Assembly (NCBI GenBank): GCA_900768185.1
Contig: CAAGCB010000029.1
Span: forward strand, 204,856 to 268,855
From: Alphaproteobacteria bacterium
Lineage (GTDB): Bacteria > Pseudomonadota > Alphaproteobacteria > CAAGCB01 > CAG-977
Length of the DNA: 64,000 nt
Direction: 5' to 3'
Positions 57,118 through 64,000 of the stretch are shown here, piece after piece. The notes under the pieces were generated by a model that was not told the origin of the DNA, did not search any database, and saw only the letters and a list, made by a program, of their open reading frames with translations. A program made the translations under genes and the position numbers. Positions within the stretch are counted from its first letter, which is position 1; each line of letters opens with the position of its first letter.

Positions 57118-57643
57118 CTTTCAAACTCCGAAGCAAAGGCAAAATCGCCCGCATATACAATTCTTCGGTCATCGCGCCGTTGATCTTGGCGACGACATCG
57201 TGTTTCGCGTCCAGAATAAAAGTGGTCGGCAAACGGACGGCGCCCGTTTTTTGCGACCAGACGTTGTCGTCGTCCAGCCCGACGACGCGATAGGGCGTCC
57301 CGTTCTTTTTAAACAGCCTTTCCAACCGTTCGGGTTTGTCGCGCACGGCGATTCCGACGAACGGAACGTCTTTCCGCTTTGCCAGTTTGACAATAACGGG
57401 CAGTTCCGCCTGACAGGAACGGCACCACGACGCGAAAAAAAACAACAGCGACGGTTCATCGGGCAGACTTTGCGCCGTCAGCTTCTCCTCTCCGCCGTTC
57501 CAAACGGGCAAAGCGTCGTCGGGCAACCGAAAATCCCGCGCGACGATAGCGTCCGTCCCCGCGTAATCCAGCCGGACGGTATAAAGGAAAGAGTTGAAAA
57601 CCATTGTCGCCGCGAACAGAACGACCAAACCGTACCATTTCAT
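57101..57643 (-). CDS. ccmG: Thiol:disulfide interchange protein CcmG/DsbE
   Basis: Thioredoxin fold with FFASWCRSCQ (WCxxC) and membrane anchor. Confidence 0.8.
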   Translation of the reverse strand: MKWYGLVVLFAATMVFNSFLYTVRLDYAGTDAIVARDFRLPDDALPVWNGGEEKLTAQSLPDEPSLLFFFASWCRSCQAELPVIVKLAKRKDVPFVGIAVRDKPERLERLFKKNGTPYRVVGLDDDNVWSQKTGAVRLPTTFILDAKHDVVAKINGAMTEELYMRAILPLLRSLKDEKAF

Positions 57644-57644
57644 T

Positions 57645-59570
57645 TCACACGTCCATTTTCATTGAAAACGCCAGCCAAAGCAACCCCGCGCAAACCAGAA
57701 ACAAGCCCGTTCCGGCATGCCCCAGAGACGGATAAAGATACGCGCGGACGGCGATTTCGTCTTCGCGCGTCTGCCTGACGTGCCGGAAAAGAACGTCCGC
57801 CGTTTTCGCATTGATCAACTTGATATCCAGCCGCCCGTTTTTGCCTTGAAAGACCGTTTTTCCCGACAGAACTTTCGCCCCGTCTTCGGCGGCGGAGCAG
57901 TCGAACCGGTACACGGGCGTCGCCGCCGCTTTTCCCGACAGCGTTTCGACGCGACAGGGGGGGACGACCGCCCCGCTCCAATCCGTTTGAACGAAAGCGT
58001 CGTCCGCGACGATCGCATTCAGCCGCGCGTCAGTATAAGATACGGAAAACACGACCAGTCCGGCGGCGATCAAAGCAGTCCCGATCGCTTGCGCCGGCAT
58101 TCGCCGCAACGCGCGCGCCAAATCGCCGAAACCGGTGGGAAAATAAAGCGGATAAAAAGTCAACAAAACATTTGCCGACAAGACGGCGGGCAAAGCGCAG
58201 ACCGCGATCCGACCGCCGTTGTCAACGCCTGCCGACAGCCACGCCGCGCCGCAAACGACGATTCCCCAAAACAGGGCGTCCGATTTAAAATCGGCTTTCG
58301 CCCAGCCTTTCACCAACGATCGGCGTTTGAACGCGACAAAGAAAAGCACGGCGAAAAGCGCGACGGAAACCGACAGCACCCTGTCGAACAAAGCGGGCAG
58401 CAACCGCAACGGCAAATCGGGCATGAACATAAACAGCGTCGGCAACAGCGACAAACCGCCGACGCCGATCCCCGCCGCCAGCAAAACGGCGATCGCCAGT
58501 CCCGCGAAGCTTTCGCGCGACAAAATGTGAAAATCGTTTTCCGGCGCGGTCTTTTTCATCAAAACCGTACACAAAAACATCAAAAAACTGACGACGCACG
58601 CCGTCGCGCACAACGCCGTGACGGGATTGGGGAAATAGACTTCGTCCGCAGTCATCGCGAACAGCTTGTATTCCGCGGCAAAAAAAGCGGCGGTCAAAAA
58701 CGTCAGCCCGCAAAACGAAAAAACGACGACCCAACGCGTAAAAACATGCGAAAAGCGGCAAAAATAAAGCGCGATCGCCTGCCCCGCCGCCAGCATTAAA
58801 ACGGCGATCAACAAGGAATTTTCCGGCGTCCACTGCCACAACGCGCCGTTTTCAGCCGTCGTAAATCCCGTCAGCGCGCGCGACCCGACAGCCGCCGCAA
58901 CGCATGCCAACGCCGTCAAAACGTTTCGCAAAACGGGCGCGGCGAACCGATCGGGCTTGGCGGACAGACAGACCGTTTTAACAAAAGACACCGCAAAAAC
59001 CGCATAAGCCGCAAACAGCATTAAAAACTCCAGCGTTTTATGAGGCGGACGCCAAGCGGGATTGAAACCGACGCCTTCGAACGGGGGTTCTTCTATACGG
59101 GCGAACGGATCGGCGGTCGCCAACATCACCGCCGTCAGGAAAAAGACCAGACACGCGCCCCCAAACAAATACGCGCCGCGTTCGCGATACGTCGCCAAAT
59201 CGCGTTTGGAATACCCCCAAACGACCGCCCACGCCAGCACGGTCGCAAACGTGAAGAAAAAACCTTCGCGCGAAGACAGAAACGCGGGCAAAGCGTAAAG
59301 AGCGCCGCTTTGGGAATCAAAAGTTTCAAACACGACCGCCAGCGAAAAATCGTGCGCCGCGTATCCCCGCATCAACACGGCGAAAGCGAATGTCAGCAAC
59401 CCCGCCGTAAAGCACGCCCCTCGAACCCCCAGCCGAATGGCGACCGCGCCCGCGTTCGTCCACAGCGTCCACGCCAGAACGCCCGCCTGCAATCCCATGG
59501 CGGTGACGGCGAAAATCAGCGTGTAATGAGCCAATTCGTTTAACATTATGTCCGCCTTTACACTTTTCAA
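57645..59570 (-). CDS. ccmF: Cytochrome c-type biogenesis haem lyase CcmF
   Basis: 641 aa polytopic membrane protein, WWD-domain family. Heads the ccmFGHI operon. Confidence 0.85.
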   Translation of the reverse strand: MKSVKADIMLNELAHYTLIFAVTAMGLQAGVLAWTLWTNAGAVAIRLGVRGACFTAGLLTFAFAVLMRGYAAHDFSLAVVFETFDSQSGALYALPAFLSSREGFFFTFATVLAWAVVWGYSKRDLATYRERGAYLFGGACLVFFLTAVMLATADPFARIEEPPFEGVGFNPAWRPPHKTLEFLMLFAAYAVFAVSFVKTVCLSAKPDRFAAPVLRNVLTALACVAAAVGSRALTGFTTAENGALWQWTPENSLLIAVLMLAAGQAIALYFCRFSHVFTRWVVVFSFCGLTFLTAAFFAAEYKLFAMTADEVYFPNPVTALCATACVVSFLMFLCTVLMKKTAPENDFHILSRESFAGLAIAVLLAAGIGVGGLSLLPTLFMFMPDLPLRLLPALFDRVLSVSVALFAVLFFVAFKRRSLVKGWAKADFKSDALFWGIVVCGAAWLSAGVDNGGRIAVCALPAVLSANVLLTFYPLYFPTGFGDLARALRRMPAQAIGTALIAAGLVVFSVSYTDARLNAIVADDAFVQTDWSGAVVPPCRVETLSGKAAATPVYRFDCSAAEDGAKVLSGKTVFQGKNGRLDIKLINAKTADVLFRHVRQTREDEIAVRAYLYPSLGHAGTGLFLVCAGLLWLAFSMKMDV

Positions 59571-59689
59571 AGCATTTCGGTCAGGTTAGAAAACTATCGG
59601 CGTTTTTGCAAGAATCAAAAAACGACTTTTCTTTTTTTCACCCCTGTGATAGTATCGAAAATCAAAAAGTTTGACAGGGAAAACTTTTC

Positions 59690-59941
59690 ATGCGAAACGA
59701 TTTGGACAACGCGCGCGACTTTACCCGATTGAAAGCGGGGGACAAAGCCGTCGTCGTCGGATTTTTGCACGGCGACGAAACGTACCGCAAAAAATTGCTG
59801 GCGATGGGCGTCACCCCCGGAACACCGTTCGAAGTGGTGCGCGTCGCCCCGTTCGGCGATCCCGTCGAAATTCTGATCCGCGGCTATCTGGTTTCTTTGC
59901 GCCGCGAGGAAGCCGCCCTGATTTCCGTGACGGGAATTTGA
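59690..59941 (+). CDS. feoA: Ferrous iron transport protein A
   Basis: Small SH3-like FeoA (LKAGDKAVVVGF...LLAMGVTPGTPFEVV). Confidence 0.8.
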   Translation: MRNDLDNARDFTRLKAGDKAVVVGFLHGDETYRKKLLAMGVTPGTPFEVVRVAPFGDPVEILIRGYLVSLRREEAALISVTGI

Positions 59942-59965
59942 TTTGTTTTTAAAGGCTGAAAAACG

Positions 59966-62101
59966 ATGGCTTTGCAAAAGACCGTGGCTTTAATCGGCAA
60001 TCCGAACTGCGGAAAAACAACTATTTTCAACGCTCTGACGGGGGCGCACCAATATGTCGGCAACTGGCCCGGCGTGACCGTCGAACGCAAATCGGGATAT
60101 TTTGAAACCGACGGCGTCAAAGTCGAAGTCGTCGATCTGCCGGGGGTTTATTCCCTCAGCGTCGTGTCGTCGGCGTCGCAGGACGAACGCGTCACGCGCG
60201 ACTATCTGCTGTTTCACAAACCCGATCTGGTCGTGAACATTCTGGACGCGTCCAATCTGGAACGCAACCTGTACATGACGGTACAGCTGTTTGAAATGCA
60301 CCTGCCCGTTTTGCTGGTTTTAAACATGATGGACACCGCGGCGGCGATGAAAGTCAAGGTCGACGTCCTGGCTTTGGCGCATTTGTTCAACGTTCCCGTG
60401 GTGCCGATGGTCGCGTCGAAAACCAAAGGCATCGCCGAACTGAAAAAGCAAATCGTCCGCGCCGACATCAAAATCGATAACGATTTCGCCGTTTCGTATT
60501 GCCCGCATATCGAATCCGGCGTGGCGGAAATGATGCCGTTCGTTCAAAAAACGGCTGACGAATGCGGCTGGTCAGCGCGCTGGCTGGCGGTTCACCTGCT
60601 GGACGGCGACACGGACAAGCGTCTGTTCGGAACACCCGAAAACAAAGTCGAAATCGAAAAAATCCGCGACGCTTTCCCCGATAAATACGGCGAAGACGCC
60701 GACACCATGATTGCGGACGGCAGATACGGTTTCATCACGGAAATATCAAAAAAACTGATTACACGCTCCGATCGCCTGTCCAAAACGGCGACGGAACTGA
60801 TCGACCGCGTCGCTTTGGGCAAATACACGGGCGTTCCTTTGTTCTTTTTCGTAATGTACCTGATGTTTTTATGGACGATTACGCTGGGCAACATGCTGAT
60901 TGATCCGATTTCGACGTTCGGCGACGAATATCTGGTCGCGGGCAGCGCGGCGCGACTGTCAGCGATGAACGCTCCCGAATGGTTGATTCTGTTACTGTCC
61001 GAAGGCGTCGGACGCGGCGTCAGCACGGTTGCGACGTTTATTCCGCCGATCGGTTTTTTGTTTTTGTTCCTTTCCGCGCTGGAAGATTCGGGCTATATGG
61101 CGCGCGGAGCGTTCGTCATGGATCGCCTGATGCGCGGTTTCAACCTGCCCGGAACGGCGTTCGTGCCGATGATCGTCGCATTCGGCTGCACGGTTCCCGC
61201 CGTGATGGGGACGCGCATTCTGGCGTCAAAGCGCGACCGTCTGATTACGCTGATGATGGTGCCGTTCATGTCGTGCGGCGCGCGTCTGCCCGTGTACGCG
61301 CTGTTCGCCACCGCCTTTTTCCCCGAAAACGGAGCCAACGTCGTTTTCGGACTGTACCTGATCGGCGTTTTTATGGCGATCTGCACGGGGCTGCTGTTCA
61401 AAAGCACGCTGTTCAAAGGAAAGCCCGTCCCCCTGATTTTGGAAATGCCGCCGTATCATTTGCCGACGTTAAAAAACATGGCTGTGCGGACATGGGACAG
61501 ACTGCACGGTTTCATCGTGCGCGCGGGCGTTTTAATCGTGCCGTTGGTAATTGTTCTGAATCTGCTGAACGCCGTTGATTTTCAGGGCGATTTCATTCCC
61601 GACCAACCGCAAAGCTCCGTTCTTTCCGCAATCGGCAAAGTTTTCACGCCGCTGTTCGCGCCGCTGGGCATATCGGCGAACAACTGGGCGGCAACGGTCG
61701 GACTGTTCACGGGGCTGATGGCGAAAGAAGCCGTCATCGGCACGCTGGACGCGCTGTACGCGTCCGTCGCGGCGGGAGCAACGGCGGTTGACCGTCTGGC
61801 GGTTCTGTTTGACGGGCAAATCGGGGCGTTTGCCTATCTTCTGTTCATTCTGCTGTACACGCCCTGCACATCGGCGTTGGGCGCGATTGCCAAGGAATTC
61901 AGTCTGCGCTGGGCGGCGTTCGTCGCCGTTTGGACGGCGGGACAGGCTTATTTGCTGTCGACGCTGTTCTATCAATGCGCTACAATGAACAGACACGCGG
62001 CGCAATCCCTGACATGGATTGCCGGAATTGCCTGCGCGGAACTGCTGATTTACACAGCCTTGCGTTTTGCGGGCAAGAGAGGCGACTATGATTCTGTCTG
62101 A
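59966..62101 (+). CDS. feoB: Ferrous iron transport protein B
   Basis: N-terminal G-domain GNPNCGKTTIFNALTG, DLPG, NMMD. Nucleoside-recognition and gate-motif membrane domain. Confidence 0.9.
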   Translation: MALQKTVALIGNPNCGKTTIFNALTGAHQYVGNWPGVTVERKSGYFETDGVKVEVVDLPGVYSLSVVSSASQDERVTRDYLLFHKPDLVVNILDASNLERNLYMTVQLFEMHLPVLLVLNMMDTAAAMKVKVDVLALAHLFNVPVVPMVASKTKGIAELKKQIVRADIKIDNDFAVSYCPHIESGVAEMMPFVQKTADECGWSARWLAVHLLDGDTDKRLFGTPENKVEIEKIRDAFPDKYGEDADTMIADGRYGFITEISKKLITRSDRLSKTATELIDRVALGKYTGVPLFFFVMYLMFLWTITLGNMLIDPISTFGDEYLVAGSAARLSAMNAPEWLILLLSEGVGRGVSTVATFIPPIGFLFLFLSALEDSGYMARGAFVMDRLMRGFNLPGTAFVPMIVAFGCTVPAVMGTRILASKRDRLITLMMVPFMSCGARLPVYALFATAFFPENGANVVFGLYLIGVFMAICTGLLFKSTLFKGKPVPLILEMPPYHLPTLKNMAVRTWDRLHGFIVRAGVLIVPLVIVLNLLNAVDFQGDFIPDQPQSSVLSAIGKVFTPLFAPLGISANNWAATVGLFTGLMAKEAVIGTLDALYASVAAGATAVDRLAVLFDGQIGAFAYLLFILLYTPCTSALGAIAKEFSLRWAAFVAVWTAGQAYLLSTLFYQCATMNRHAAQSLTWIAGIACAELLIYTALRFAGKRGDYDSV

Positions 62102-62330
62102 TGTCAGGGATTATTTGCAAAAACAAGGACAGGCGTCGTTAAAGGACATTTGCGTCAAGTTCGACACGCCCGAATCCGCGATGGAGGAAATGCTGGCGCA
62201 TTGGGAACGCAAAGGCAGGATCCGCCGCATGGACAGCGCGTCATGCGGCAACCCGTGCGGGCAGAAATGCGCGGATTGTCCCGTTCAATGCCGAATGATT
62301 TATCAATGGATCGACACGCCGTCGGACTGA
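62088..62330 (+). CDS. feoC: FeoC-like small winged-helix protein with Cys cluster
   Basis: MILSDVRDYLQKQGQASLKDI... then CGNPCGQKCADCPVQC. Overlaps the feoB end. Confidence 0.55.
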   Translation: MILSDVRDYLQKQGQASLKDICVKFDTPESAMEEMLAHWERKGRIRRMDSASCGNPCGQKCADCPVQCRMIYQWIDTPSD

Positions 62331-62431
62331 GGTTTGACGGGCGGGGCTGAACATGTGCGGCGGGGTCAAGCGGATTGCTTCAGCCTTGACGGGCTTCGCA
62401 ATTCTTTTTTTTAACTTTGATCGGCACGGAA

Positions 62432-63937
62432 TCAATAGGTTTGCGTCGACGACATGATCGTGTAGCCGTTGCCGCCTTCCGCCAGTCCGTTCGCAAAAGC
62501 GAACGCCGTCGGTTTGCAGGAATAGACGCGGTACAGGACTTCGCCCTGTTCGACAGTGTCCCCGACCTTTTTCATCAAATCGATTCCCGCGCCCTTGTCC
62601 GCGGGGGCGCCCGCCACCATCGCGATGCGGTTCAACCGCTGTCCGTCGATTTCGGCGACGACGCCGGAACTTTGCGCCGTCACGTCGCGCGTCAGCTGCC
62701 CCAGCGGCGGCGGCGTCAATTTGCCCTGCGCGTGGACGATTTGACTCATGACCTCCAGCGCGCGCCCCGAATCAAGGATTTCGCGCGCCTGATAATACCC
62801 TTGTCCGCCGCGCATCTGCGGATCAAATTCCAGCACCTTGCCCGCCATAAACAGCGCTTTTTCACGCAAATCCTGCGGCGCGTCATCGCGACAGCGCAGA
62901 ACTTTCATCACGTCGCGCGCCTCCAAAACGGGACCGATGCCGTTGCCGACGGGTTCGGAACCGTCCGTCACGATCACGTCGATTTTCATCGACAGCATGT
63001 CGCCGACGTATTCAAACAGCTTGCGCAGGCTCATCGCTTCGCTCATCGTTCGGATTTTCGCCGTTTTCCCGACGGGAATATCCACCAGCAGATGCGTGAT
63101 GCCCATCGCGATTTTGCCCGAAACAATCGACGCGACGATCTGTTGCGGCGTACTGATGCCCAAAGCGCGTTCCAAGCTCATCAGTAAATCTTCGGTCGCC
63201 GACATCGCCAATCGCTGCCCGTCCTGAACCATGCAACCGCCGACCTCGTTCACGACGCGAGCGGTATCCTCCTCCCCCAATTCGACATCGGCAAGCACCT
63301 CCATCGCGTCGGCGGCACCCGAACACGATGTCACGCCGCGCGTCATCGTGCCGGGCATGCACAATCCGTAAGCGATCGCGATCGGCGCGACGATCATCGT
63401 CGTGCGATTGGCGGGGATTCCCCCGACGCAATGTTCGTCCACCACCAGATTGATGCCCCAGTCGACGGGACGGCGGTGTTCGATCAGCGCCTCGGTCATG
63501 GACAGAACCTCTTGCGGCGACATAAAGCTGGCGTTCGACACCAGAAAAGCCGCCAGTTCGATCGGCGTGTAGCGGTACGCCGCCAAATCAGAAATAATGC
63601 TTTGATATTCTTTCGCGCTGAGAATGCCGCCGTTGATTTTACGGCGCACGGAATCGATGCTGGCGGGCGGCGGCGCGGGGGATATGGCGACTTCCGCCCC
63701 CTCCGCCAAATTCAAAAGGGCGAACGCCTGATCCGTCAACCCGATTTCGTCGGGACGCACCAGCGTATCGTCGTCGCACATGTACACGCTGACGAACAAA
63801 GGCTGCATGCCGCCGTGGATTTCGATACGGTCGGACGCCATGCCCGCGTCTTCGGTCTGGATTTCGGGACACTTCCGGTTCAGGAAAACGATGTTTTCCT
63901 TGCCCGTGTCAACCGACAGATGTTTTACGAACAGCAT
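62432..63937 (-). CDS. Thymidine phosphorylase family protein, about 500 aa 'putative thymidine/AMP phosphorylase' type
   Basis: Glycosyltransferase-family-3 core with a phosphate-binding Gly-rich region, plus an N-terminal extension typical of the long DeoA-like subfamily. Confidence 0.7.
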   Translation of the reverse strand: MLFVKHLSVDTGKENIVFLNRKCPEIQTEDAGMASDRIEIHGGMQPLFVSVYMCDDDTLVRPDEIGLTDQAFALLNLAEGAEVAISPAPPPASIDSVRRKINGGILSAKEYQSIISDLAAYRYTPIELAAFLVSNASFMSPQEVLSMTEALIEHRRPVDWGINLVVDEHCVGGIPANRTTMIVAPIAIAYGLCMPGTMTRGVTSCSGAADAMEVLADVELGEEDTARVVNEVGGCMVQDGQRLAMSATEDLLMSLERALGISTPQQIVASIVSGKIAMGITHLLVDIPVGKTAKIRTMSEAMSLRKLFEYVGDMLSMKIDVIVTDGSEPVGNGIGPVLEARDVMKVLRCRDDAPQDLREKALFMAGKVLEFDPQMRGGQGYYQAREILDSGRALEVMSQIVHAQGKLTPPPLGQLTRDVTAQSSGVVAEIDGQRLNRIAMVAGAPADKGAGIDLMKKVGDTVEQGEVLYRVYSCKPTAFAFANGLAEGGNGYTIMSSTQTY

Positions 63938-64000
63938 GACGCCCCTTTGACAAAAAACTTCACGCTTTCACTGTAACAGCCCGCCCCTTTGATTGCCAGA

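Overview
This window reads as a roughly 60% GC alphaproteobacterial chromosome segment, with most genes tightly packed or overlapping. The assignment rests on CtrA (near-identical motif spacing to Caulobacter CtrA), the conserved tsaE-amgK-murU-addB-addA operon, a ccmFGHI cytochrome c maturation cluster, rplU-rpmA-obg-proB-proA-nadD-rsfS-rlmH, znuA/znuCB, feoABC, accD and ihfB. The other housekeeping-type content is a flagellar fliI-fliJ pair divergent from ctrA, a long flagellin-like gene, a KefB-type antiporter and a fused LplT-Aas lysophospholipid recycling protein. The clearest anomaly is a roughly 2.5 kb decayed island ending at the 3' end of a tRNA-Arg(ACG) gene. It holds a C-terminal ArdC fragment, a 41-codon heavy-metal-ATPase N-terminal fragment and a strongly AT-rich two-gene cassette of unknown function (a cytoplasmic protein plus a small lipoprotein, translationally coupled). 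Other candidates for undescribed biology are: (1) a multi-PAS histidine-kinase-like protein with no His anywhere in its dimerisation/phosphotransfer region (H-box reads GREISPQLT) and degenerate G1/G2 boxes, so probably a pseudokinase; (2) a divergently transcribed GalT-like HIT nucleotidyltransferase with a GlgM/Corynebacterium-type GT4 glycogen-synthase-like enzyme; (3) an orphan PilT-like ATPase after znuB with no pilus genes; (4) a lipoprotein followed by two tandem paralogous proteins with degenerate EAL-like C-terminal domains, flanking the tRNA on its other side; (5) a signal-peptide-bearing Memo-AMMECR1 fusion translationally coupled to mutT. No CRISPR array, reverse transcriptase, integrase or intact transposase was seen. 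Product calls come from reading motifs in the supplied translations. No database search was possible.
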